Part shown: one piece after another, positions 24,381-38,883 of the stretch
Numbering within the stretch: position 1 is the first letter of the stretch
How the letters are laid out: every line of letters begins with the position of its first letter
Source of the DNA: Pecten maximus
Lineage: Eukaryota
DNA: 64,000 nucleotides
Assembly: GCF_902652985.1 (NCBI RefSeq)
Contig: NC_047019.1
Coordinates: 36,766,001-36,830,000, forward strand
Direction of reading: 5' to 3'
Translations under genes and position numbers: made by a program
The notes under the pieces: generated by a model
What the model was told of the DNA's origin: nothing
Databases searched by the model: none
The model's input: the letters and a program-made list of their open reading frames with translations, nothing else

Positions 24381-27357
24381 ATGGATATATATTTAACTTC
24401 TCCACGAGGTAAGCTGACAACAAATGGCTGAAGCGAACAGTTCCTAGAGAACATTTGACTTTGACCACGCTCTAACCATAGGCAATGTTCGTTGACAACT
24501 GGGGGCATGCTGCCGTATACAAAGTCAAAATGAGGTGCAATCCTTGATTATTGTTCAGTAGATATACAATAGTACGCACTGTTGCCCTAGCGTACACAGA
24601 GATAAAAAAAAAAACACATTAACAACGGAAAAACTAATTGTAGAATATGTACGTGTATGGTTGATGTATGTATGTAATTTTCTCAACAATAGTAGGAATA
24701 CACTTGCTGGCCAAGGACGCTACAAGCACCATATTTTGCCATATGTCTCTCCATTAATCGGATAAAATTTCATTAGTTTAATATTATGTATATACTTAAA
24801 CATCACACCCATTCCATTTATACTATCGCCGTAGTATACCTTATTGAACAACATGGTACAATACACCATCGCAATATCTTACCACTGTAACAGTGAGTAT
24901 AGTAGACCTTTTCAGACAATGGTACTGCCTGAACGCTCACCACAATTAATTTATATCAATGCCCATTTTATACCATGGCCCATAACAGTATGGTTAATTC
25001 ACAGACACGTGATAATAGATTGGCTCGCTATCGATCGTGAAATTACGAGCCGGTTGCATAAATTGAGGATATTTAAAAATGCAGTAGTTCAATTAAGTGA
25101 GCTATGGAATCAAGTTCTAAACTTGCGTGTACTGATAGGAAGGAAGGATTAAATGAACATTCAAAGTGAATCGGGGAAATGGAGTAGTGGAGATGGAAGT
25201 GAAGTGTTTTAAGTTGCACGTGTCATTCGTGTTGATGCTGATTACAGTAGATGGTAAGTAATAAAAATGGTAATAATGACGTAATACTTTAGTGACATCT
25301 CTGTATTTAATCCTCTCTATCTGAATCATATGCTCCTTTCACTGACAAAGAGTATGCTTGTCCCTCAAAAGTGATTTTTTATATAGCATCTGAAATGAAT
25401 AGAAATTGATTTTAAACTCAACAGAATTGATAACGAATTAATTTTTTTCTTCGTTTTAGGTATTTTCTGTGGAAATTCAACGGACGATACGACGGTAACA
25501 TATTTCTAATTATGTCTGCTATATTTATTCAAATGATAGTTATTGTCACGATAAAAGGAACAAAGGATTGGTACTCGTTCATGGATTTTAATTATAGTTG
25601 GTATAGAATGTAAGGGCTTTGTATAGGTTCATTGTAAGCCAAACGTTATAAAAATAGATTACTGGTATCACGTTTAATGTCTACTGTATGACCAATACTG
25701 GTAATACCTTTAATAGTTGAAATATATCTAATCTTATCTGTACGCAATGCAAAACATTCCCACGACGAAGGATTACGCATATCATTTAAAAAAAACAAAA
25801 CAAAAAAACAAAACAAAAAACAAAGAAAATTTAATTTCATCTCTCTGTGTGCTTGGGCCGTGATATATCCAGCTTTTTTTAATAAATCAAGTTTGTGAAT
25901 TTGTATGTGAACAAGGCCGTGCTGTAAATTTTACAAATTCTTCAAGAAATTAACATCGGAGAATCAATTGAAAATTACCAAAAGAACTTGCATCCTATAT
26001 GCATTCCTCTGTTAACAGCATTAATGCTCTTCATGCTTTGTTGTTAATTTGTACTAACATATTTAATCCATCAACAACAAGTGTATCTCAATTCTTAAGT
26101 GAAGATTTCTTCAACTGCGGTCAATTCCCTGCATTTTCACATTCAGACGTGATATTATCCTATATATCATTGCAAGCAAATTTTGGATTTGAGGGGAAGT
26201 TATGACTTCTCCATTTTGATGACATTGACAACTGTTATTTAAGCTGATCTAATCCAATAAGATGCTAGTGCGTTTGGCATAATTGTGTTTGTGTTAGCTA
26301 ATAATTCAAAGGAGTGTTAAGGTGAACTCAATAGTTCAGTCATATACGGAATGAGACATAGATTTATTATGCATGAAACTGTACTTCAGTCATGGTATGG
26401 AGTGTGTACTTCAGTCATGGTATGGAGTGTGTACGTCAGTCATGGTATGGAGTGTGTACGTCAGTCATGGTATGGAGTGTGTACTTCAGTCATGGTATGG
26501 AGTGTGTACGCCAGTCATGGTATGGAGTGTGTACGTCAGTCATGGTATGGAGTGTGTACGTCAGTCATGGTATGGAGTGTGTACTTCAGTCATGGTATGG
26601 AGTGTGTACTTCAGTCATGGTATGGAGTGGGAGAGTCCAGAAAGACATTCAGAAAGCTCTGTATTATTTAGAAGGGAAATAACCGGAGTAAATAATGTTA
26701 ATAAAGCTGGACATTGGATCATTATGGGAAAATATAAAAACACGTGGATACTCGGTATTGGATGATACTAATCTTGATATTAATTTTCTATTTCACTGGA
26801 GTAAAACAATGGAAGGTTAAACATAGGGAACAAATGTGAATAGCACGTTTAAAAAAGTGTATGCTTAAAATAAGATGACTACATCACCCTGTTGGACTCG
26901 TCAGTGTGGAAATCCGAAAGAGAAGTCGGAGTATCAAACCGGGCGTGAACGATGTTGAAATGTAGCAGAAGAATTCTGCTAACCGCATATAATTTAATAA
27001 GTTTAAGAATTTGTGGGTATTGAGCAATTTTTAAAGGAATGTAAAGTTTGTGAGAAGTATTATTTCAACATGGTATGCGAGAAGTCATCACGGCTTACTA
27101 TATAACTATCAATCCCAAGTTGTGCAATATAATTAAACCATATGAATGGGATGACAAATATGACAGCTTTTTTATTGTTTTACTTTCAGGAAAACTTCTT
27201 CACCAGCAACAAGTTCATTGGTATTACTGCCGGTCTAGGAACTTTCCTACTTATTGGTATATACCTGTATATCTTATGGAAGTGTACGTGTGGTAGTCCT
27301 GATGATGAAACAGATGGCAAACACAACCAGACGGCAGACGAAAACAGAACAAGATAG
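24381..27357 (+). CDS. Putative 76-aa single-pass membrane microprotein, 3 exons
   Basis: Exons 24381-24408, 25460-25494, 27190-27357 with good splice sites (gag/gtaagc, ttttag/, acg/gtaaca, tttcag/). They join in frame (231 nt) to give MDIYLTSPRGIFCGNSTDDTTENFFTSNKFIGITAGLGTFLLIGIYLYILWKCTCGSPDDETDGKHNQTADENRTR. AATAAA at 27454-27459. The upstream region is CpG-rich with YY1-like CGCCATTTT at 24260-24268. Confidence 0.65.
26380..26629. repeat. 25-bp tandem repeat, ~10 copies
   Basis: Unit tcagtcatggtatggagtgtgtac(t/g); accounts for the three overlapping ORF-track entries. Confidence 0.95.
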
Positions 27358-28490
27358 CAATGTGCATAGTTACCGTTTTAAACACATTTCTTGTTGTTGT
27401 TGGTTTTTTTTTTTTTTTTTTTTTTCAAATCAGTAGGCAATATTTACACAGTGAATAAACCAATTCTGTTTTTACGTCAGGAACAAATATATTTGAAGAA
27501 GATGTCAGAGGTAACTGCGTGGATTTTTGAAGTTATTTCGCTATTGAAACGAGAGAATTATCATCTTATATTATAAACATAACAATAATTTTACGACTGA
27601 AATTACCAATGATAAGCGTTAAGTGTCCTTTTCAAGTGATATAGCCAGGGTTTGGGAAACAGAAGTTTTACTTTTGAAAATTACTTGGCACACTTGGCCT
27701 ACGGTTTGGTTTAGATTTGTCTAGGCTTGATCGTACAGAAGGATATATCATTTTAGCATTAAAATATGATTCATCAATTATATACATTACGTGAACACTA
27801 AATTACTGTGATTTGATATGGCGATATCTTCCTGTACATGCCTTAATGTCAAGTAGTAAATGAGGAAGGAACAAAACTTTTTTACTTTACCAAAACAGCG
27901 TTTTTCTGTTTATCATTAAGCTGGTATATTCAGGGGAAATATAAACTCTTGTAACAATGCGGAGGTAGCAATAATTGTAATCTTTGTTTTAGTATATTGT
28001 TGATTTGATTATTATGTTGTAGTTATGTACATTAATTGTAGATTTGTGTATATGTTGTAGTTTGCATATTATGTTGTATTTATGTATATTATGTTGTTAA
28101 TTTGTATATCATATTGTTGATTTGTATATCATATTGTTGATTTGTATAGCATATTGTTGATTTGTATATTATGCAGATTTGTATATTATGTTGTAGATTT
28201 TTTTTGCGTTACTTTGTGATGTATGCAGGTCATACATACATGTTATTTACTATAAATAGTCGGTTTAATATGGTGTTACAATGGTAATAAATGATGTTGA
28301 AATATGGATGTCTTTCTATTTATTCAGAAGTTCATAGTAAGATTGTTCATGTAAATTACTAGGGTATGCCAGAATTAGCGTTTCAATCAAAGCCGTATAG
28401 ACGTTATCTAATGATGAAAGCAACACCACTAAACTATATTCTGTTTGTGATTCGTAAAATCAAATTCCGTTGCTCCATTCCGCTTCACTG

Positions 28491-28530
28491 CATATCATAT
28501 CATATCATATCATATCATATCATATCATAT
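28491..28530. repeat. (CATAT)n microsatellite
   Basis: About 8 consecutive catat units. Confidence 0.9.
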
Positions 28531-29914
28531 TATATACCTCATGCGTATTGGGTATACTAAATACGAGTCTTAGAAGGTCGAAACAGTCGTATATGATGAA
28601 GTTGAATTCATGTGTGTTTCTTTTATACAATCCTTTGAGATTGTAGAAGGTAGACAATGCTGAAGGAGTGTTTTTAGTCCCCGATGTTTATCATAACCTG
28701 TTGTCACGTTTTATTTTATATAATTATCGACACGGGAATCAGAATAAACACCTGTACTTAAGTTCTTGTCAAAACCAAAATTGAAAATAATGAATTTATT
28801 GAAATTCATAAAAGAAAATTTGGTCTATTGTAACTGCCAATCAACATTGTTGGCATTTCGAAACTTATTTCGAGATTTTGGTGGCCTTCTATAATCACCT
28901 TAAACCCTTAACACTGCCTAGTCCTAGAAGAAATAAACAGTGGTATGATGTAACTTACAAGTTCTCGAATGGTTTTGAATGGTGCTACATTTATGGCGAG
29001 CATTTTTTGTAATAGTTCATAACCACATTTCCTATCAAATTGTGATGGTGGACACTCATGATATAATCCAAGAAAAAAAATGATAAATTCTTATCTCAGG
29101 TTATATGATAAATTCGCAGCCATTAAGATCAAAGAAGTATTTGCAAAAATGTGAATGTTCCCCTCAAAATATTTTATCTTCAGCGTCAGCTTTTATAAAC
29201 AAACGTTGTACAAAGTATGAGAAAAAAGTACACATATTTAATTTGTAATTTCAGTAACCGATAAAATGATCATCCAGAACTAGACATAGTTAACAATTAA
29301 TAATTTGAAGCACTTTAAGATTGTTACCTTGTACTAATTTTATAACTTGATTGATGATTGACAGCAGTGCTGACTACAATTTCAAAGACAAAAACCACGA
29401 ATATGTAAATTTGTCACAGATGGATAAGACGATGTCGACCAATGCAAGCCAACATGTCCTTTTGTTGAATTTTAAACTGATTGAAAAATAGGTAAAAATA
29501 ACATAGAGTTGATATAGTTCACAGAACAGCTGCTGACGTGTTATCTCGACTGGACACTCCGAGTTGTCTCCCTTAAGTCTGCCATCGACTGTGGTGTTTG
29601 GTGATATTCGGTTTTAGGTTATTTTATCCAGCAACTCATTGCTGGCAGATTTTCGTAGAGCAAAATATAGATATCGATAAGTGACGTATCTTTTCTCACG
29701 ATGAATACAAATGGGGACAAGCCTGTTACCTCGTTTATATCTAAACAACAGTCGCTCCGTCCAAAGATGTACATATATTTCCATAAAATTCATATCTAGA
29801 GGCAGATGTGTGTCGTAATCTGTGGTGGTTCCTGCTCAACTAAGTACACATGTTATTGTTGTAAGTTATTCAATGTTCTTCATTGTTTGGTGTGGTGGCT
29901 AATCTTTATTTTAG

Positions 29915-30225
29915 ATGAGTGTTTTTTTATTCCTCCTTACTTTGCACGTGTTATTTGATATAGTGAATCCTCGTTAGTGTGGACGAGTGTTGTTTGATAT
30001 ATTTATTCCTCCTTACTTTGGACGTGTGTTGTTTGATATAGATATTCCTCCATAGTGTGGATGATTAATATTTGATATAATTATTCCTCCTTAGCGTGGA
30101 CGAGTGTTATTTGATATAGTTATTCGTCCTTAGTGTGGACGAGTGTTGTTTGATATAGTTATTCGTCCTTAGTGTGGACGAGTGTTGTTTGATATAGTTT
30201 TTCCTCCTAAGCATGGACGAGTGTT
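29915..30225. repeat. 39-bp tandem repeat, ~8 copies
   Basis: Unit tagtgtggacgagtgttgtttgatatagttattcgtcct (copies start at 30131 and 30170). Confidence 0.85.
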
Positions 30226-31205
30226 TACTCCTTTAATGGATGCCGCATTCATATTTCAATGAACTTTCAAACAACTGATACTAGCTTTGGTATGAGGGAT
30301 GCGATAGCAGCAATCTTCATGTTTATTATTTGACGTAATGTATAAGGAGGCGATATTATTCGTTTAGTATAACGATTTATTGATCTCAACAGTGACAAAA
30401 CACATTGTACATCAACAATGAGAATAATAAAGGGATGTGTTTAATACTGAAAAATTAAAAAAAAAATGGATATAAACAAATAAAGTACGGTAAAACAAAA
30501 ATGATGACAATCGAGTTTAACGACTTAAAGTCTATTCAAATTGATACAAAACGCATACCTCATGAATATTTTAAAATTGACAAGGTATAACCAAAACCCA
30601 TATTTATGTTTTAGCTTTGTATTTTTGGACTCTAAAACCTGACTAGCATGTAAACATACACGCTTTCAAAATGTGTACGTCGATAGTCCAAAGGAAATAA
30701 TAATTCCATTATAAGTCAGCAATCAAACGTATTTGTTACTGAGATTTGCACATTAACATCCAGAATGATAGACTGTATATGTTTGAATATCATAACATTA
30801 GGTATTTGGAAGAATACTAATAAATATTTTACTTTTATTTATTTGACAAGTTTAAATACCTATATAGGGTAAAATGTAGATATCACAGCATTAAACGACC
30901 TTGTCATATGTTGCATAGTAATTCAATAAGCCAATTGGCAGTACTAAAACAGTTGTCACGATGCAATTTCTGTTAATGATTTCAATCATTCATTGAAAAG
31001 AATTTTATGACATAACTTGCAATGAATTACTTTATATACATACTTTCATCTATGATCTAAAATAAAAAAAAACTATTGATTACCCGTTCTTTAAGGACAA
31101 AGTTGTACATTGTATTTTAAGGTGTAGTTCGCTATCATAGAGTGAAGTGAAACTTCCCTCTCGAAACAGACAAGTAACTTCGCTCAATACTGAATAAATC
31201 CCTCA

Positions 31206-32570
31206 CTACGTAAGATTTCTGTTTATGATTCCTACTTCATTAATGTCATTCCCAGCCCAATGTGATTCCTCTTCAAGCTCATCTAGGTATCTCCTGCCAC
31301 TTTTCCCCCTGTGTGACTTCACAGGAGAGTCTCTGGTGGAGGATGGGGGTGTCCTCACAACCATATATTCGTCTAAGTCTCTATGGAGAGCAATGTCCGA
31401 ATATTTTCCACTAATCGATCTACGAGTATTTGGTTTGTTCGATTCAAACATCATTTCTAAAAGGAGTTGCTCTGATGATGCACCTCCTGGCAGATTTTCC
31501 AGAACTTTCTCCGATTCAGACATGGCGTCGTTAGACATATTTGCTATTTTCTGAACTGATTTCATGTCTAGGTTTTGTGTTCGGACAGCTACCTGTCTTT
31601 CCCTGTGCTTAAGAAGTCTATAGGGATTGTTGAAATAACGTATTCCTTTCTTACCAAACGATTTATTGTGTTTCGGGAATTCAGCTCCGTTGTCTGATGC
31701 AATTTTCACCTCTTGTGGATCATTGTTAATATGTAAGAAAGCAGATCCGCCAGGGTTGGGCTGACTGGAGGTGGAAGTTGTTCCGTCAGTTTCCTTCTTG
31801 TCTTTTTTCGATACCCTGGACTTTGACTTTGATATCATGAAATCTCCACTGACGGATGAGGGAAATCCTAGACTTAAGCCATTGACAGGTTTGAAACTTC
31901 TCCCTTTTAATTCGAAGGACGACTTCGCCTTATCCACTGGCGATGGTCTCATAGCGGGAAGAGTTACACTCTCACTAGCCAAGGAGGGAACAGAGATTAA
32001 TGATGATGAATGTATACTCCTAGTGTCTTTGAAATCAGTTTTTGCTGAGGACCTGTCACCATTTTGTTTGTCTGTTGTTCTCCATGTCGGTTCACTGCGA
32101 GCTCTGGTTTTAATATTGTGACGCGCCCGATATATTTCATGTGCCGATGTTTTAAAATTCCCCACTCGTTGATCACTAAAGTACTTTATAAACGATTTTG
32201 GAGAATATCCGTTTAGTGGCTGTCCACAAAGAACAAATTTAGGCCGGTCGTCGACAACTGTCTCTTCACTAGTGATGTAGGGAGAATCCATTGTCGATAT
32301 TCCAAAATTGGCACTCTGAATTCTGTTTAGGAAATCCATGCGTCTTGTGATATGGCTAGGCCCTGCTGGCATCTGCTCCAAAGCCTTTCTGTTTGCTTTG
32401 CGCAAGATGAACTCATATGACCTATCAACGGCTGCCACACTCGGATTAGTCGCCCTGTTTGCTTTTGACATTGACAACAACGGCGACGTCGGGGTGTTCC
32501 GGGGAGCTGGCGTCCCTTTTATTTTCAATCTGTCCACGGTGCCTTTTTTCATCTTTTTTTCCTGTTGCAT
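31206..32570 (-). CDS. Uncharacterised 454-aa Ser/Lys/Arg-rich, probably disordered protein; single coding exon
   Basis: 1365-nt ORF with raised GC in an AT-rich background and Kozak context gccATG. A splice acceptor ttacag lies 33 nt upstream (exon starts 32603), implying non-coding upstream exon(s). No domain recognised. Confidence 0.85.
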   Translation of the reverse strand: MQQEKKMKKGTVDRLKIKGTPAPRNTPTSPLLSMSKANRATNPSVAAVDRSYEFILRKANRKALEQMPAGPSHITRRMDFLNRIQSANFGISTMDSPYITSEETVVDDRPKFVLCGQPLNGYSPKSFIKYFSDQRVGNFKTSAHEIYRARHNIKTRARSEPTWRTTDKQNGDRSSAKTDFKDTRSIHSSSLISVPSLASESVTLPAMRPSPVDKAKSSFELKGRSFKPVNGLSLGFPSSVSGDFMISKSKSRVSKKDKKETDGTTSTSSQPNPGGSAFLHINNDPQEVKIASDNGAEFPKHNKSFGKKGIRYFNNPYRLLKHRERQVAVRTQNLDMKSVQKIANMSNDAMSESEKVLENLPGGASSEQLLLEMMFESNKPNTRRSISGKYSDIALHRDLDEYMVVRTPPSSTRDSPVKSHRGKSGRRYLDELEEESHWAGNDINEVGIINRNLT

Positions 32571-34754
32571 GGCGTAGTTTATTATCCCCTACAGGAATAG
32601 ATCCTGTAATATAAATACAATATCATTAAGTATGGACATTGCTAATTGTCTTCTATATGCAAACTTCATATTAATATGCGTTTATATACATGTATGTCAT
32701 ATCAAATAATATCTAGCCTTATTTCTGCCAAAACAAAAAACATTCTATATGACCTATATGCGAAATATGTATTTAAGTTACAATAGCACTTGTTTCTGTT
32801 CAATACTCGGTTATTTTATATGAATTTATAGGTCAAATTTACAACATAAGTCACCAACTTTGTATAATAATATAGGATACCATACAGTTACATGTACAGT
32901 GTAATGAACTACCATACAATCGTATGACATACAGTACAACGTTATACCAAGGTATATTATAAACTGTATTATTTTTACATTATGCAGTGTATGACATTTT
33001 ACATTGTTTAACAGTATACACTGTGACAATGTTATGCAATATATAGCATGGTACAGTATGATAATATTATACAGTGTATTACATAATTACATCACTGTAA
33101 AACATACTGATTAGTCACCAAAATAACCCGTTCATATTTATTCCACAAAATTTAAGATCTGATCTAAATCGCATACTAATGGCATACTGTTAACGTGAAT
33201 GATTGATAGTAACGAAATATTGGTAGTAGATGAGATACGTGGAAGCGGACCTCGCTCTGTGAACAGCATGCACATGTAGAAGAGCAACATATTTGTTGAA
33301 GACTCGCACGCCGCTTTTACAACCAATTTCCTGAATTGTGGAATACAATAAACATTGAAATAGAATTTTCTTTATCCAAGAATGTAATCCATGATATGCA
33401 TTGAATGTAGATTTCACTTTTCTCAGAATAGCATCCATACTTTGGAACTATTAGACAAATGTGTTAACTGACAAACTCATCTGATTACCATATACAACAC
33501 CAACGTCTCAGTCCATATGTGGAGAACATCCATTGTTGTAATTTCATGCCCACACGTGGTAAATGATAGAGTAAGCGTTCCAGCATGACACTACACAGAG
33601 TAGTATGAAAACTGAGGGGAAATCGTTGTAGAGTAACACATCAAAATTATTTCAGAAAAGGTCAACAAAGGTTCATTTAATTAATAATTCCGAGTTAAAT
33701 CAGAGAAGGAAAATGAACATGTATTAGAATTAAGCGTAATTAAAACCTGTGAGCTAATCCAATAAATCGAATAGAAATGTATCGATTTCTTTTGTAGATA
33801 TTAATCTTTGATACGGCATAGCTTGGAGCCCCTTCCATTGTATATGCACGACTTGATCCAGTAATTCTCTCGTATAGTCTCTGAGGATATCACAAGCACT
33901 GGACGATACGAAAACGTTAACTTTGCGGCCAAAGTAACACTTCATTTTATACATAAATAATTTTCGTCCTTGATTTTCATCATGTTTATATAATTCAAAC
34001 TTTTACCTCTACGTATTTCTACATACACATGCTTACTAGTGTCTGATTAATAGGCTGAACGTAACCAACTCGATGCCATGTCTTAGACACTCTGAAGTTG
34101 ACAGAACTATTGAAAGTGTGGTAGGTACCACACCCAGTGCAAGTGTATTGGTTTGTCATGGCCTCCCATAACGACCGACGCTATAATCATATTTCTCTAA
34201 TTCAATTATATATACTTTAAGTACTTTCTGATACAAAGACAAAAAAATATGTAGCATGCACAATTTAAATCATACGTATACAGATATATTATATGTGGCT
34301 TGACAAGTGATATCCTGTTAAACCGTATCAATATAAAACATATGCGGTGTTGGAATTACTAGTCATTATATCATCTATTTCGATAATGATGTTATATAGG
34401 AAATACTCACAATGCTTTACAATATGACGTATGTTATCATGAGCATTTCTAAACGAATACTGTAGCACCAATTACTATTTCACGAATTAAAACTTAATGT
34501 ACGCTTCAATGTCTATCCAATAAATTGAAATTCATGTACACGGATTTCAAAACACCTTGTACTTGGTGAATACAATGTCAGACACACCTTGATGTATATG
34601 AACCCAAAGCTTAGTGTACAGTTTACAAACACAAAATATCATCCACCAGTTTCGCAATAGTGGAACTAAGATTGAATATGATATATGCTTAAAGTCAAAA
34701 CAAAATGGAAACTATAATCCAAGGAAAATGCAACAGGAAATCAACTAGTCCAAA

Positions 34755-35740
34755 AAATACCTTAAAGCATACATTTGATGTATTCTGGCCCAAAACATAC
34801 CTTAAAGCATAAACCCAATGTATTATACCCCAAAACATACCTTAACGCATAAACCCAATGTATTATACCCCAAAACATACCTTAACGCATAAACCCAATG
34901 TATTATACCCCAAAACATACCTTAACGCATAAACCCAATGTATTATACCCCAAAACATACCTTAAAGCATAAACCCAATGTATTCTAGCCCCAAACATAC
35001 CTTAAAGCATAAACCTAATGTATTCTAGCCCCAAACATACCTTAAATCATACACTTAATGTTTTCCAGCCCAAACTTTACCTTGAATCATGCATTTAATG
35101 TATTTTGCCCAAAACATACCTTAAAGCATAAACCCAATGCATTCTAGCCCCAAACATACCTTAAGCATAAACCCAATGTATTATACCTCAAAACATACCT
35201 CAACGCATAAATCCAATGTATTATACCTCAAAACATACCTTAAAGCATAAACCCAATGTATTATATCCCAAAACACACATTAAAGCATAAACCTAATGTA
35301 TTATACCCCAAAACATACCTTAAAGCATAAACCCAATGTATTATACCCCAAAACATACCTTAAAGCATAAACCTTATGTATTCTAGCCCCAAACATACCT
35401 TAAATCATACATTTGATTTATTCTAACCCAAAATATACCTTAAAGCATACACTTAATGTATTCTAGCCCAAAATTTACCTTGAATCATGCATTTAATGTA
35501 TTTTTGCCCAAAACATACCTTAAAGCATAAACCCAATGCATTCTAGCCCCAAACATACCTTAACGCATGCATTTAATGTATTATAGTAGCCCAAAGCATA
35601 CTTTAAAGCATAAATCTAATGTATTCTAGCCACAAACATACCTTGAATAATGCACTTAATGTATTCTAGTCCAAACTTTACCTTAAATCATACATTTACT
35701 GTATTTTTGCCCAAAACATACCTTAACTCATAAACTTATT
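34755..35740. repeat. 40-bp tandem repeat, ~25 copies
   Basis: Unit aaaacataccttaaagcataaacccaatgtattatacccc. Confidence 0.95.
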
Positions 35741-37966
35741 GTTTACTACCTTCAGGAAAATGCTTATGCATCACAATTCTCCTTATGTTTACATGTACAT
35801 TACTGATACTATATTTCAGAAGTAAGTGTTGACTTTGTTAGGGAATATAAATAGCAGTGCACTGATGACATTCATGGGAATGTAGACAGTTCAGAATCAT
35901 TTGATAATAGTTGTAAACAAAGTGTTTTCTACATGTACAAGAATAAACTACATTTTACTCAATATGTGCATTTAAAGTTTATTTTTGCTAAACATAGGAA
36001 GCATCTAATCCATATGCCTGGGATATGTCGTTGTTAATTAGAAATAACAATTATATTTAAAAGCGTTTTACACTTCACACTAAAATAAATTCAATTTTAT
36101 TATTTTCACCTAATATGTTAATGAGAAAGAATCGATTTAGAACTTACAATATTGTTATCACACGTTTCCAACAAAATCATAAACTAAAGGCAGACCAACA
36201 GCGGTTTTACAATGAGTGGTTTTATGTATTTATAATGCTATTTTACTTTTATATACATACATCATAAATTGAAGATCCGGCAAATTTCTATCGCAAACTA
36301 ATTCAGCGTAACTTAAAGGTAATGAATCTAATGAGGAAACACGTTGATGAAAAGATCATATCATTTTCATTCATATTAAAAATAAGAAGACTGCAGTCTT
36401 TATGTAAAATAGCACAATTAGCAATTCGTGATCAAACAATGTTTAAATGCATGTTTTGTAATGGACCAATAATACAAATAATTTATCTGGATATATTAGG
36501 CTAGCTTATTACATTGTTCAACCAACCTGTGTGAGTATATAACGACATTATATAAGTTCATATATTCATCAAACAAATTTTAATCAGAACAGTTTAACAC
36601 ATTATAGAGTATTTGTTTGTCTACGAATATGTTCATAGCAACGTTCGTCTTTGTTACGCATCGTCAACAGAAACAAAATCCTTACTCTTAATCAAATGTT
36701 TATACATAATCCTCTCTGAATTGTAGAATCTATAACTTATATACTACAAGATAAAATCTGTTAAATACTAAATAAGAGAAATTACGGACTCATTCCTTAA
36801 AAAACCCAAAGTGTTTTTTTAATTTGCATGTCCCCATGGTGTAGATATGTACAATATGCTATCTAGGTCGATATACACGTTAAAGAGCACTAGTTACGGT
36901 ACTATAAAAAAAGCGTATTCACATATTATGGGTTCAACAACTTCAAAGAGCCATCATGCGGACTGAAATGTTTTTCTATCCAGTCTCAATGTTGGAACAT
37001 CAAATTGTCGTATTTCATTGGACCTCTGAGGATAATAAAGTTTTCTATTTTCTAATTCATCAACATTCCCATTTGTAAAAACATCGTAAGTGAACCATGG
37101 AATTCATACAAATGATAGAATTCACGAGATAATCATTCTTCATGTCACGAAACAATGTGCTACATTGAAGTAAATGTAAATAACATTATATGTGTTCTAT
37201 TGATACATATAGACATACCTTCGTGTACCTCTGGGAGCTGTTATGTAACACTGTAAGCAGGTTCTAACACTGTTCCCTTTTGTGTCGTATCATACTTATG
37301 AACATCGGCTACTTTGTATAAATACGTACTATACCTGTCTGTTGTGACTAGGTGTGATTACATTATAAAGGTATTATTAATAACATTGATATAGTTGTTA
37401 TAGTCTGTAAATCGCATAAATGGCAACACACTGGCGTCAATTTTATAATAAGTTAATTTCAACAGAAGTTATTAAATCATTTTATCATTAATTTGCATAC
37501 TATTACACAAACGACATTAAACTGTAATTTTGAGATGCTTGAATGTTTTTATACAAGGAAGTTATGATTAACCAATGGCATACGTGAATTTTAAAAGAGA
37601 AAAACAATTTATTTCAATTCAATGTACATGACAATGCATAGCAATATCGTGTCAGACAATTGATAGAAATACGAATAATGGCGAATGATTTCATTCCCAG
37701 TAATGCAGTAAATGTATTAGGGATAAGGTTGAAGTATGATCACTAGGAACAATGTAGATTGGTGTTTTCTAAATTATGAAATAATAGAAAGGATAACCCG
37801 AGAAAAATAACATGAAAGTGTATAGGCACCAAATTAACGTGACTACACTGTACTGACAGGGAGGGTATCACTAATGATACGGTAATGGGTACGTTGTTTG
37901 AGCAATTAGACTATCCCATCATTGTCTTTCTTAGAGTTGTGACCAGGTGATTATGCGCCATGCATG

Positions 37967-38882
37967 AGCCGTCGGACACCAAACCAAACGAGAACACCTG
38001 GCAAAGCCGTAGGACACCAAACCAAACGAGAACACTTAGAAAAGCCGTCGGACACCAAACCAAACGAGAACATCCTGTATAGCCGTCGGACACCAAACCA
38101 AACGAGAACACCTGGCAAAGCCGGCGGACACCAAACCAAACGAGAACACTTAGAAAAGCCGTCGGACACCAAACCAAACGAGAACATCCTGTATAGCCGT
38201 CGGACACCAAACCAAACGAGAACACCTGGCAAAGCCGTCGGACACCAAACCAAACGAGAACACTTAGAAAAGCCGTCGGACACCAAACCAAACGAGAACA
38301 CCTGGCAAAGCCGTCGGAAACCAAACCAAACGAGAACACTTAGAAAAGCCGTCGGACACCAAACCAAACGAGAACACCTGGCAAAGCCGTCGGAAACCAA
38401 ACCAAACGAGAACACTTAGAAAAGCCGTCGGACACCAAACCAAACGAGAACACTTAGAAAAGCCGTCGGACACCAAACCAAACGAGAACACTTAGAAAAG
38501 CCGTCGGACACCAAACCAAACAAGAATACCTGGCAAAGCCGTCGGAAACCAAACCAAACGAGAACACTTAGAAAAGCCGTCGGACACCAAACCAAACGAG
38601 AACACTTAGAAAAGCCGTCGGACACCAAACCAAACGAGAACACCTGGCAAAGCCGTCGGAAACCAAACCAAACGAGAACACTTAGAAAAGCCGTCGGACA
38701 CCAAACCAAACGAGAACACTTAGAAAAGCCGTCGGACACCAAACCAAACGAGAACACTTAGAAAAGCCGTCGGACACCAAACCAAACAAGAATACCTGGC
38801 AAAGCCGTCGGACACCAAACCAAACGAGAACACCTGGCAAAGCCGTCGGACACCAAAACAAACAAGAATACCTGGCAAAGCC
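37967..38882. repeat. 38-bp tandem repeat, ~24 copies, with three variant types
   Basis: Unit agccgtcggacaccaaaccaaacgagaaca plus a variable 8 nt (cttagaaa / cctggcaa / tcctgtat). Confidence 0.95.
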
Positions 38883-38883
38883 A

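Noticed and set aside
25900-26340. Minus-strand stretch with DTLVVDGLN, reminiscent of an NYN/PIN nuclease motif
   Set aside because: Multiple stops and no further motifs; cannot be supported without a search.
26351-26765. Three overlapping 96-130 aa ORFs
   Set aside because: Produced by a stop-free 25-bp minisatellite inside a predicted intron.
37967-38882. CRISPR-like look (constant 30 nt plus a variable segment) and long ORFs on both strands
   Set aside because: The variable part is only 8 nt with three recurring versions, there are no cas genes, and the context is eukaryotic. The ORFs are by-products of the tandem repeat.
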